Source: a virus (taxonomy: Duplodnaviria > Caudoviricetes). From it: a DNA stretch of 51,141 nt. Location of the stretch: positions 1 through 51,141 of the IMG/VR virus record IMGVR_UViG_3300044799_000031. One strand, 5' to 3'. The translations under genes were made by a program, and so were the position numbers. Shown in pieces: positions 17,210 to 25,370 of the stretch; the stretch's first letter is position 1, and each line of letters begins with the position of its first letter. The notes under the pieces are model-generated. The model did no database searches. It was not told the DNA's origin and was given only the letters and a program-made list of their open reading frames with translations.

Positions 17210-17218
17210 GGTGATTAG

Positions 17219-17374
17219 ATGGAAAGAGGAACCGGAGAACCAGAAAGATTCAGGATGATCATTCACCATGGTCAATGTTTTAATCCTGATTGCCCATTGC
17301 ACTATTATGGCAATTGTTCGAGACTTTGCATGGAAAGAATCATTAAAGAGAAACTTGAGGTGCAGAAGAAATGA
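17219..17374 (+). CDS. Small Cys-rich protein (51 aa)
   Basis: GGTGA RBS; CFNPDCPLHYYGNCSRLC. Confidence 0.55.
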   Translation: MERGTGEPERFRMIIHHGQCFNPDCPLHYYGNCSRLCMERIIKEKLEVQKK

Positions 17375-17655
17375 GGGAAAAGGGACGAGTACAGGCATGC
17401 CTTAAATGTGGTATTCCCTTCTTCGCTAAAGTTAAGAGAGGAAAAGACGGAAGAGAGTACGTGGAGACCTTCTGTCAGAAGTGTCGGAACCGACTTCATA
17501 ACGAGACTCAGGTCAAGAAACACGAGGATAATGAACGAATTCGGTTAGTCCCTGGCAAACCTGACCTTCAAAGGGAGGTCGAGAAACTGATTATGATTGA
17601 GAGACAAGAGTCTCGAACACATCGGTCTAGGAAGCAACCTTTAAATAAGATCTGA
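17371..17655 (+). CDS. Zn-ribbon protein
   Basis: CLKCG...FCQKC. Confidence 0.6.
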   Translation: MREKGRVQACLKCGIPFFAKVKRGKDGREYVETFCQKCRNRLHNETQVKKHEDNERIRLVPGKPDLQREVEKLIMIERQESRTHRSRKQPLNKI

Positions 17656-17679
17656 GCGAAGAGAGGTCAGGGTGTCTGA

Positions 17680-18090
17680 TTGCCAATAGTCACATCTTCC
17701 TTAGCGGAAAGGCACAATCTTCCTGAAGGCTCCATTAAGATTTTAGTTACCAGAAAATGGCCGTTCTGGATCAAAGGACTTAAGGAAGAGATTGATCAAT
17801 GGTTACCCGAACTTGCTCCCTCTGAGGAACTGGAACGAGAATATCAGAGAGAGATCGAACGGATCCAGATTCCTAAGACAGCATGGAATCTAGTTTCCTT
17901 TCCGTTCAGGTACAGAAGAGGAATTATGATGTCGAGTAAGTCAGTCTCACTTCTTCGTAGTTTAAAGAGAGACTCCAATCTGGGTACTTGTGTCGATCTT
18001 TTAACTAATGAAAAGTCGGATGAATGTTCTCATAGAAAACTGCTCAAGGAATTAATTGATCCGATTGATCCGGCGGAGAAGATAAAATGA
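17680..18090 (+). CDS. DUF488/YeaO-family protein
   Basis: ILVTRKWP...IDQWLPELAPSEEL...CSHRKLL. Confidence 0.8.
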   Translation: MPIVTSSLAERHNLPEGSIKILVTRKWPFWIKGLKEEIDQWLPELAPSEELEREYQREIERIQIPKTAWNLVSFPFRYRRGIMMSSKSVSLLRSLKRDSNLGTCVDLLTNEKSDECSHRKLLKELIDPIDPAEKIK

Positions 18091-18722
18091 TTACTCTCGA
18101 TCACGAGAAAAGTCAGGAAATAAGCGACATACTTCACACTCTACAGTCGACACCTAGAAATGAACTACATCTTACAGACGACCCCAAGATTAGTTGTCCT
18201 CTAAAGGCCTTTTGTCGTCTTACTCTCATTCAACCTCACTATTCGAGAAGGACTTCTGCCGTATTTATACGTGGTTTAGTTTATGATGAATTGTTCAAGA
18301 GGGCGTTCAAGGCCACTGAAGTCGAGAAGCGTCTAGGCGTGTCGGTCGGACATCCGGATGTTCTCTCGAATGGTTGGCCTGTCGAGGCCAAACACACTAC
18401 GAGAGTTTTCTATACACCCGAGGATCTTCCCGGCAAGTGGGTTTACCAGACTAAACTGGAGGAAGTCTATTGTGAAGTGAAATTTGGTTGGTTATGTATA
18501 GGTGACATTCTATCAGGTGTCATAACGGCGTGGAAAATTTCGTTGGTTGAAGCAGAATTCGATGATATCGAGAATAACCATCTTCTTATGATGGAGTCTC
18601 TCAAGAGAATTATTCAAAGTAAAGACCCAGAACTTTTGGATCCCATACGAAGGGAATGTGCCTTATGCTTCTATAATCATGAAGACGGTTGTCCGAAGAG
18701 ACCCAGGACAAAGAGAACATGA
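18087..18722 (+). CDS. Cas4-like PD-(D/E)xK exonuclease
   Basis: SCPLKA, GHPDVL..VEAKHT, YQ, C-terminal CALC..C (four-Cys Fe-S pattern). Confidence 0.75.
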   Translation: MITLDHEKSQEISDILHTLQSTPRNELHLTDDPKISCPLKAFCRLTLIQPHYSRRTSAVFIRGLVYDELFKRAFKATEVEKRLGVSVGHPDVLSNGWPVEAKHTTRVFYTPEDLPGKWVYQTKLEEVYCEVKFGWLCIGDILSGVITAWKISLVEAEFDDIENNHLLMMESLKRIIQSKDPELLDPIRRECALCFYNHEDGCPKRPRTKRT

Positions 18723-18895
18723 AGGAACTTGGAACAATTATTCTGATAGTATTAGGCGGCATCAAGATTATTTCTGGATTAGAAGACGCAGGGAAACACG
18801 GTATGCCAAAAGAGGGCAAGTACAATGCTAGGATAGAGGTTTTAGAGACCCTCGTAGGAGTCCTTTTTATCCTAATTGCTCTCGAAATTCTTTAG
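18719..18895 (+). CDS. Small two-helix membrane protein
   Basis: ATG 18719 overlapping previous stop; hydrophobic ends. Confidence 0.55.
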   Translation: MKELGTIILIVLGGIKIISGLEDAGKHGMPKEGKYNARIEVLETLVGVLFILIALEIL

Positions 18896-18913
18896 TAACA
18901 GGTATGTGATTAC

Positions 18914-19447
18914 ATGACAGAAGAAAACAAGTTGGAAAGAAGAGACTTTTCACCCTGGGTAGTCGACGTCGTCTACGCCGCTCAGGAGGGCATCTGTGCC
19001 AAAGCGAACTGTGGAAAGTCGTTGTCGCACGGGTTTCATCGTCACCACAAGGATGGGAATCCAAACAACAATTCTGTGGAGAATCTAGAATTATTCTGTC
19101 CCGAATGCCACGGAGGAGAAATGTTCCAGACGCTGCGAGCCAAGAAGATTGCTCTCTTAGGACAGTTGCAGTCCGCTATAGACTCCGCCATTCAGGCGAA
19201 GATGAGCGGGACCTCGATGGAGAAGATCCTCGACGGAATCAAGTTGGCTCTGAGTCTCACGGAGCAGACGTCTGGTCTGGCGCCGGAACTTCCGCCTCCT
19301 ACCGTTCAGATGACGAACTACCTGATATCCTCGGGTATCCTTGTCAAGGAGAAGGAGAGAGGCATAGCGGAAGGAATCCAGATCGGTCTGTCCACGGTCA
19401 ATGAGGCAATTCGGCAGTACATGGAGACGGACAAGAAAAAGAAGTGA
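18914..19447 (+). CDS. HNH endonuclease domain with helical C-terminal extension
   Basis: CAKANCG..HRHHKDGNPNNNSVENLELFCPECH. Confidence 0.85.
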   Translation: MTEENKLERRDFSPWVVDVVYAAQEGICAKANCGKSLSHGFHRHHKDGNPNNNSVENLELFCPECHGGEMFQTLRAKKIALLGQLQSAIDSAIQAKMSGTSMEKILDGIKLALSLTEQTSGLAPELPPPTVQMTNYLISSGILVKEKERGIAEGIQIGLSTVNEAIRQYMETDKKKK

Positions 19448-19451
19448 TTCT

Positions 19452-19727
19452 ATGGTAGTTAACATTCTAGTTCCTAAACCCGAAGACCAGAAGCAGGAAC
19501 CGGACAATTTAAATTTCAGGATATTCTCTTCTAAGTGCAAGTACCATGGTTTAATTAAAAGACCTTCCATTTTCGGGTGCAAGATTCTTAGAAGCGCCTG
19601 TACGGTTCATGACTGTCCGAGACTCAAGAAAAATTTTCAGAAGGTTAAGGAGACTCTAGAACTGGATCCCAATCTTACGGAGAAGTCAAGCGTATTCTCA
19701 TGGAGGCAGAGAGTTGGCAAACGGTAA
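19452..19727 (+). CDS. Cys-rich hypothetical protein
   Basis: CKYH..GC..AC..DCPR; ATG 19452 in the 19401 frame. Confidence 0.55.
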   Translation: MVVNILVPKPEDQKQEPDNLNFRIFSSKCKYHGLIKRPSIFGCKILRSACTVHDCPRLKKNFQKVKETLELDPNLTEKSSVFSWRQRVGKR

Positions 19728-19977
19728 GACCCAAACCTTGAATCAGGAGCAGGATCTACCACTCGTCAAGGAGAAGACATGCCCGAACGACGGCGCTATT
19801 CTTATCCTCTTAGAGATGATTAATGGACCCAAGTATAGCGCTCCTCCAGTAGAGGGTTCGACATCTGCGGTAGAGAGGACCCTCTTCGACTCCTTCTGGA
19901 TCGCCGTCTGCCCCGACTGCCGTCAGAAGTACCGGATGTACGAGAGAACCTTTGAGGTGCCTAGAGTCTCGAAGTGA
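19714..19977 (+). CDS. Zn-ribbon protein
   Basis: CPNDG...CPDC. Confidence 0.6.
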   Translation: MANGKTQTLNQEQDLPLVKEKTCPNDGAILILLEMINGPKYSAPPVEGSTSAVERTLFDSFWIAVCPDCRQKYRMYERTFEVPRVSK

Positions 19978-19981
19978 TGGC

Positions 19982-21085
19982 ATGGTCAAAAAACTTAAAG
20001 AAGAAACCCCCATAAAGGATAAACCAACGGACGCCAAGACCAACTCGGACCAGGAGGAGGAAGTCCAGACCGGCAAGAGGTTGGAGGATCTCCCCGGCAT
20101 AGGTCCGGTCACCGCTAATAAACTTAGGGATTTAGGTTACAGTCTAGTCGGTCTAGCGACCGCTCGAGCGGACGAGGTAGGCGCCGAGATGAGGGTCAGT
20201 TTCCAGATCGCGAAAGGATGGGTCATGGCCGCCCAGGAAGTGGTCATGGCTAAGATGACGCTTAAGACTGCTACCGACGTCGACAAGGCGAGGAAGGCAA
20301 AGCAAATCTTTTTCGAGACAGGTTCCAAAGCATTCAACGCTCTAATTGGTGGAGGAATAGCAACCATGCGAACTACAGGTCTAGCCGGAAGATATTCGAC
20401 GGGAAAGACCCAGGCATGCGACGACGCAATAGTCTCATGTTTATCGAAGGGGTTCGAAGGCGTATGGATAGAGACTGAACCTGATACTTTCAGTCTAGAC
20501 AGAATCAAAGAGGTTGCTCGGGAGAGGAATCTCAACATAGACTCCGATAAACTCTTCGTGTGCGAGGCGGACCAGATCCCGACCGCTAAGGCTCAGTATC
20601 TTCAGTATAAGATCATTCAACGACATCTGGAGAATGGTGCAAGCATCAAGTTGGTCGTTGTAGACTCCTTCACCGCCAAGTTTAGACCGGGTTACTCGAG
20701 AAGAGAGATGCTTCCGGTGAGGACGAGGGAGTTTACCGAGCATTTTCTAATCATAGACTATCTTGCTGCCAGATACAACCTCGCTTGGCTGCTGACCTGT
20801 CAAGTCATAGGCGCTCCGGATCCGGGTCAGAGTCTGGGAATCAGAGTCAAGACCGGAGACGAATTCTATCCGGTCGGAGGCGAGTACCTTCTCCACTCGA
20901 TGAACACTTGGGTGGGAATGCAGCAGATCAAGACCGAATTGTGGAAGGCCGTCCTCTTCGACTCGAGTTACCTTCCGAGGTCGTCGTGTGGTTTCATGAT
21001 CACGAAAAAGGGACTGATGGACGAGATTGCCAAGACTCCGACTGCGACGACTGAGGAGAAGAAGAAGAGTGATTCTTTAAAGTGA
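19982..21085 (+). CDS. radA: RadA/Rad51-family recombinase
   Basis: HhH LEDLPGIGPVTANKL; TGSKAFNALIGGGI; Walker A GRYSTGKTQ; Walker B LVVVDS. Confidence 0.92.
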   Translation: MVKKLKEETPIKDKPTDAKTNSDQEEEVQTGKRLEDLPGIGPVTANKLRDLGYSLVGLATARADEVGAEMRVSFQIAKGWVMAAQEVVMAKMTLKTATDVDKARKAKQIFFETGSKAFNALIGGGIATMRTTGLAGRYSTGKTQACDDAIVSCLSKGFEGVWIETEPDTFSLDRIKEVARERNLNIDSDKLFVCEADQIPTAKAQYLQYKIIQRHLENGASIKLVVVDSFTAKFRPGYSRREMLPVRTREFTEHFLIIDYLAARYNLAWLLTCQVIGAPDPGQSLGIRVKTGDEFYPVGGEYLLHSMNTWVGMQQIKTELWKAVLFDSSYLPRSSCGFMITKKGLMDEIAKTPTATTEEKKKSDSLK

Positions 21086-21094
21086 GGCGTGACA

Positions 21095-21235
21095 ATGTGC
21101 ATAAGACATAGATGGGATAATTCAAGCACTTTCGAGAGACGATGTCTCAACCCTGGATGCGGAAGGCGCCAGACAAGAGGTAGAAATGCCGATGGATTCA
21201 CTGACTGGAAGGACGTTGATGAACCACAACATTAA
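21095..21235 (+). CDS. Small Cys/His protein (46 aa)
   Basis: MCIRHRW...RRCLNPGCG; tiles the gap. Confidence 0.45.
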   Translation: MCIRHRWDNSSTFERRCLNPGCGRRQTRGRNADGFTDWKDVDEPQH

Positions 21236-21362
21236 GACTCTAGAGCGGAAGTTCACTCTGGCGGAACTTTGGGAACTGGAGAAGGAGTTAAGGGATAAGT
21301 TCCAGTCAACAAACTTGACCTACTATGAAAAGAAATTGATTAAGGAGATTCTAGGAGATTGA
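21219..21362 (+). CDS. Small helical protein (47 aa)
   Basis: MNHNIKTLERKFTLAELWELEKEL...; overlapping tiling. Confidence 0.45.
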   Translation: MNHNIKTLERKFTLAELWELEKELRDKFQSTNLTYYEKKLIKEILGD

Positions 21363-21480
21363 CGCCAATTCAAAGAAGTAAGACCATTCTCCTTCAGAAC
21401 GGCAGGCCAATCATCCTCAAGCAAAGTGAAGCAAAGTGCTCTTATTGTGGCAGAATCAAATGCGTCTGCGGGGCAACGGT

Positions 21481-21771
21481 ATGAGTAGATTAGAGGTTAT
21501 AAGAAGAACAGTCTCCTCTAAATTCCTGGAGCGGTCCAGAGAGACCCTGTTGGAACTTCTTACCAAGAAGACGAATGTCATCCTAACGGCGATTGAGGCC
21601 GTCCTCATAAAAGACGTCTTCGACATTGGACTCGAAAGGATTAAGAATCGTGTTAACGAAGAAGTTGAATGGGCGCCCAATTCAGGAATCGTGATGACGA
21701 TCGGGAAGAGTGGAAATTACAGACCGGATCCACAACTAATTAAAAGGTTTAGGAGAACAGATTTTGGATAA
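21481..21771 (+). CDS. Hypothetical protein
   Basis: ATG 21481 in the 21436 frame. Confidence 0.55.
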   Translation: MSRLEVIRRTVSSKFLERSRETLLELLTKKTNVILTAIEAVLIKDVFDIGLERIKNRVNEEVEWAPNSGIVMTIGKSGNYRPDPQLIKRFRRTDFG

Positions 21772-22033
21772 GGAATGGATCCGATCCGTCCTCAGAGTAA
21801 TGCTTGACAAGTTGCCTAAAGAGGAACTCATCGAGAATCTGATAATCATATTTGAAACCGTCTGCAACGATGACGAGAAACTCAGGGATCTGACCCATCT
21901 AATAGTTACCGAGATCCAGGTCAGAGAGATCTTGATGGGGAGAAGCGACATCAAGGACTATGAGGAACCCCATAGAAGCGAACTTAAGAAGAGACTAGAC
22001 GAAGAGAACCGGAAAGGGTGCGTCATTGAATGA
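21764..22033 (+). CDS. Hypothetical protein
   Basis: Overlapping tiling with neighbours. Confidence 0.6.
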   Translation: MDKEWIRSVLRVMLDKLPKEELIENLIIIFETVCNDDEKLRDLTHLIVTEIQVREILMGRSDIKDYEEPHRSELKKRLDEENRKGCVIE

Positions 22034-22674
22034 TATTCATCGACAACCGTGGGACCGGAGAAGAAGAACTGGCCCGGATCCTTCAAGTTAGATTCCATTT
22101 AGCCGTTGAGGTCCGTCATCTAGACAGTGGGGACGTAAACTTCGGCGACATAGGCATAGAGAGGAAGTCACTTGCCGATCTGTATAACAGCGTCTCCGGA
22201 AAGAACAGGCACTTCTGGGAACAGTTGGAGGTTCTCAAGAGGACGTACAAGTCACCCTTCGTCATGTGGGAGGGTCCGGTCGACTTTAGTGACAACTGGG
22301 TATCAGGTGTCTACTTCTCAATCATTCTAGGTTGGCGGATTCCGGTCATTCATACCACAAACATTGACGATTCGGCTAGAGCGGTTAAACAGTTATTCCT
22401 CAAGTATGGGAGATCAACCGACAAAAGTTACCCTCCGGCGGGAGTGACCAAGATGGAATCGCCGGAGAAAGTTAGATGGATGATGCTTCAATGCGTCAGG
22501 GGAATAGGACCTAAAACTGCGGAATCCATCATTAGGGAATGCCCTTTTCTATTTAGTTACTACAATTGTCTCGAACTAGAAAACACATTAAAGAAAGTCA
22601 AAGGTCTACCGTCCAAAAGCAAGGTTCTACTTCTCGCCACCATGGCGGCGAACACGGTTAATGGAAGGCATTAA
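22030..22674 (+). CDS. XPF/ERCC4 (Hef/Mus81-type) structure-specific nuclease
   Basis: IFIDNR, LDSGDV..IERKSLADL, C-terminal HhH VRGIGPKTA and VKGL. Confidence 0.9.
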   Translation: MIFIDNRGTGEEELARILQVRFHLAVEVRHLDSGDVNFGDIGIERKSLADLYNSVSGKNRHFWEQLEVLKRTYKSPFVMWEGPVDFSDNWVSGVYFSIILGWRIPVIHTTNIDDSARAVKQLFLKYGRSTDKSYPPAGVTKMESPEKVRWMMLQCVRGIGPKTAESIIRECPFLFSYYNCLELENTLKKVKGLPSKSKVLLLATMAANTVNGRH

Positions 22675-22941
22675 TAGAGGAGAGATAGAGAGAGATATGA
22701 ACAGAAAGTATATATATCTTACATCCCGAGTCGAGACCTTTTTACATTCATCCAACATCGCCGTCCCTCGAGGGTTTATAAGGCGTCCATCTGAAGCAAG
22801 GTTTTTTACATGTTCCTTTTTGTTTATAAATACATGTCTACGAACATCGATCAAGTGCCTCGATACGCGATTGACACCTTTACGCATACTTTTTAAATTG
22901 TTGGACATCTTCATGTTAAACCGGTCTAAACAGGGGATTAT

Positions 22942-23214
22942 ATGTCAAGTTCTCTAGACGAGATCGCCGTCAACAACCAGAGGGAGAGGTACATGGAGTT
23001 GGCCGGCATGTACAAGGAGAGGAAGAAAGGCCGCGTGCAGTCACTTCAAAGGATCCTCGCAAAATTCGCTCTTCAGGAAGGCATCTCCTCATTTAAGGCG
23101 GCGAAGTACCTCGACCTTCTCAAGAGTGCCGAGTTAATAATAGTTTCGAAGGGCGGTAAAGTCTGGTCCTATAATGAGGAAGCAGAATGGGAGTTATTCA
23201 AGGTGAACATCTAA
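22942..23214 (+). CDS. Winged-helix protein
   Basis: GISSFKAAKYLDLLKSAELI. Confidence 0.6.
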   Translation: MSSSLDEIAVNNQRERYMELAGMYKERKKGRVQSLQRILAKFALQEGISSFKAAKYLDLLKSAELIIVSKGGKVWSYNEEAEWELFKVNI

Positions 23215-23483
23215 TGGCCAGAATCCATTCAACGACCAAAGTCAAGATAATGGATCTAGTTCTCTCCGTAATGTCGACCGAAAAATATATGACGTCCTCA
23301 GATCTCATTCAGATGTTGAAAAATCTTCCGCATAAGAATCTGATGAGGACTGGTTTATCGTCCAACAGACTCGTCCATATCATGAAGCGTCTAATCGCCG
23401 AACATCAGGTTGAAGGCAGTAGAGGAAAGGGTCAAATTTATCACTGGCGGAGACTCAAGGTTCAGGATACTCAAGGTGATTGA
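23214..23483 (+). CDS. Winged-helix protein
   Basis: MTSSDLIQML...LSSNRLVHIMKRL...YHWR. Confidence 0.55.
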   Translation: MARIHSTTKVKIMDLVLSVMSTEKYMTSSDLIQMLKNLPHKNLMRTGLSSNRLVHIMKRLIAEHQVEGSRGKGQIYHWRRLKVQDTQGD

Positions 23484-23484
23484 A

Positions 23485-23673
23485 ATGAAGAAACAGAAGT
23501 GTCTGGCGATGAAGTGCCTCTCATGTAAGAGGGCGTATCCTCTAAAAGAGGTATTGACGGATCCAATCTCCGGCAAGTCAAAGGAAGTTGAAGTGACGGA
23601 GTGCAAGCAGTGCGGCAGAAATCTGACGAGGATCCGACTCGATAAAAAGAGAGGTAAACCTCTGAGGAGGTGA
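23485..23673 (+). CDS. Zn-ribbon protein
   Basis: GGTGA RBS; CLSC...CKQCG. Confidence 0.65.
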   Translation: MKKQKCLAMKCLSCKRAYPLKEVLTDPISGKSKEVEVTECKQCGRNLTRIRLDKKRGKPLRR

Positions 23674-23677
23674 TGAT

Positions 23678-23983
23678 ATGCCCGGAGAAGAAGGACTCTG
23701 CAAGAAGGATGTACCCATCACTTTCGTGGATGTTCGCCACAAGGCAACGGCGATCTCAGTTCATACTCTCGGTTTAATCGAAATCGTCGAGAACATTCTG
23801 TACCGCATCAATGTCAACATGAATGAGGATCCATCGAAGTCAACCGTTAAAGACTCTAAGGTGGAAGGTTCTCCGAATCTTCTTTCCGATACCCACAAGA
23901 TGCAGTGCCAGACTATGGAGGACTTGAACCGTTTAGAGACTTTGCTCAACGACTTGAAGAGTAAAATTGTACCAAATAGTTAG
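23678..23983 (+). CDS. Hypothetical protein
   Basis: GAGGTGA RBS. Confidence 0.6.
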   Translation: MPGEEGLCKKDVPITFVDVRHKATAISVHTLGLIEIVENILYRINVNMNEDPSKSTVKDSKVEGSPNLLSDTHKMQCQTMEDLNRLETLLNDLKSKIVPNS

Positions 23984-23997
23984 GAGGTGAATGAAGA

Positions 23998-25107
23998 ATG
24001 GAAATAAAACCAGAAGAAGAGAATCGTCTCAAGAAGATTGCTTCAACGAACAAGGCCAAAATCAACGACGTCCTCAAGATGTACAAGGACGAGTACGAGA
24101 AACTCGAGAAGGAAGGTCTCAAGGACAATGTGTCCCACTTCGCCGTCAACGCCGTCATGAACTCGTTCAGAAGAACGAAGATAAGGCAGAGTGCTCCGGG
24201 GAAGAAAGTTAAACCGATCTCTATATCCGGGTTCCTTCTCGGCGACCTAGGTCTCTGGGACAAGGCGGACCAGATGAGGAAGACCGCTAAAAACTACGTC
24301 GACCAGAACGGCGTTCAGGCGGCCATCGACGCTCAACTAATAAATTCCAACAACGAGATTCTGGATCAAAGAGAGCACGTTTACGGTCGTGAGAATCCGA
24401 AATACCTTGAACCTCTCCCGCCTAACCTGAAGGTGAGGTCCAGAACGCTCTTCGGAATGTTCAGAAAGAACGGAGACAAGATCTTCAAGTGGACCACGAT
24501 CCAGACGAACGACAACTCCCTCGCTCGGGCGTGGGGGAAGATCAAGACGTTCTTGCCGTGCCAGACCACCGCGATACCCAAGGAAGAGGATGACACAGAA
24601 ATGCGTTTCAGTTCAAGTCAAGCGGAGGACACCATGACAGTCTTCAAGGCGGTCAAGGAAGAAATGGACGTTCATAAAATTCTCATGACTCTTGTAGACA
24701 AGGAAACGACTCCGATAAAGGACGTGGAGAAACACCACGAGACTTACAAGGACGCTTGGGATCGCAGGATAATTCTCAAGGGAATAGTTGCTTGGATAGG
24801 CATCGACAGGCCAAACTCGTGGAACGCCATCTATGCGGGGTTAATGAACCCCGACAACGAGGAAGAACTAGTAAGGATCCTTATCCCCGAGCACGTGCCA
24901 ATCAACTTCGGCGAACTAAGCGAGATCGTCGTCTTCGGCAGGACCAAGAGGAGCAAGGCGAAGGATCCGGAGACCGAGAAGTGGGAGGACGCCGACGTCC
25001 GGGTGGACGTCTTCGGAATATACCCGATGCCGGGTCTAAGCACGCCAAAAGAGACTTCAGAGGCGGAGATGACCGAGGAAAGAGAAATTGAAGGATGGTT
25101 GTCTTAA
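23998..25107 (+). CDS. Putative OB-fold ssDNA-binding (RPA-like) protein
   Basis: Beta-rich domains (ILKGIV...FGELSEIVVFGRT...VDVFGIY), acidic tail, position between recombination genes and PolB. Confidence 0.5.
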   Translation: MEIKPEEENRLKKIASTNKAKINDVLKMYKDEYEKLEKEGLKDNVSHFAVNAVMNSFRRTKIRQSAPGKKVKPISISGFLLGDLGLWDKADQMRKTAKNYVDQNGVQAAIDAQLINSNNEILDQREHVYGRENPKYLEPLPPNLKVRSRTLFGMFRKNGDKIFKWTTIQTNDNSLARAWGKIKTFLPCQTTAIPKEEDDTEMRFSSSQAEDTMTVFKAVKEEMDVHKILMTLVDKETTPIKDVEKHHETYKDAWDRRIILKGIVAWIGIDRPNSWNAIYAGLMNPDNEEELVRILIPEHVPINFGELSEIVVFGRTKRSKAKDPETEKWEDADVRVDVFGIYPMPGLSTPKETSEAEMTEEREIEGWLS

Positions 25108-25133
25108 CCTCCTTCCCTATTTATGGTGAGACT

Positions 25134-25370
25134 ATGGTGTTGAAGGAGAAAGAGTTGAAGGCGAGGGGAATTTGTGCCTTCTGCAACTTCAGCGAAAACT
25201 GCGTCGACTGTTCCCATAAATATGGAGTAGAGTTGAAGTGGTCGTTGTACGCTCTCTTCAACTGGAAAAAATGTCAGGATTGGAGATTCTACTTGTCACC
25301 ATCAACCCGATTACTCGAGAGATTTAAAGATTTCTTGTCGAGGAAGATGAATTGGTTCAAATGGCTTTAG
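25134..25370 (+). CDS. Small Cys-rich protein
   Basis: GGTGA RBS; CAFCNFSENCVDC. Confidence 0.55.
   Translation: MVLKEKELKARGICAFCNFSENCVDCSHKYGVELKWSLYALFNWKKCQDWRFYLSPSTRLLERFKDFLSRKMNWFKWL

Noticed and set aside
22661-22957. 98-aa ORF as a real gene
   Set aside because: Low-complexity, promoter-like DNA and atypical composition; left unannotated though not excluded
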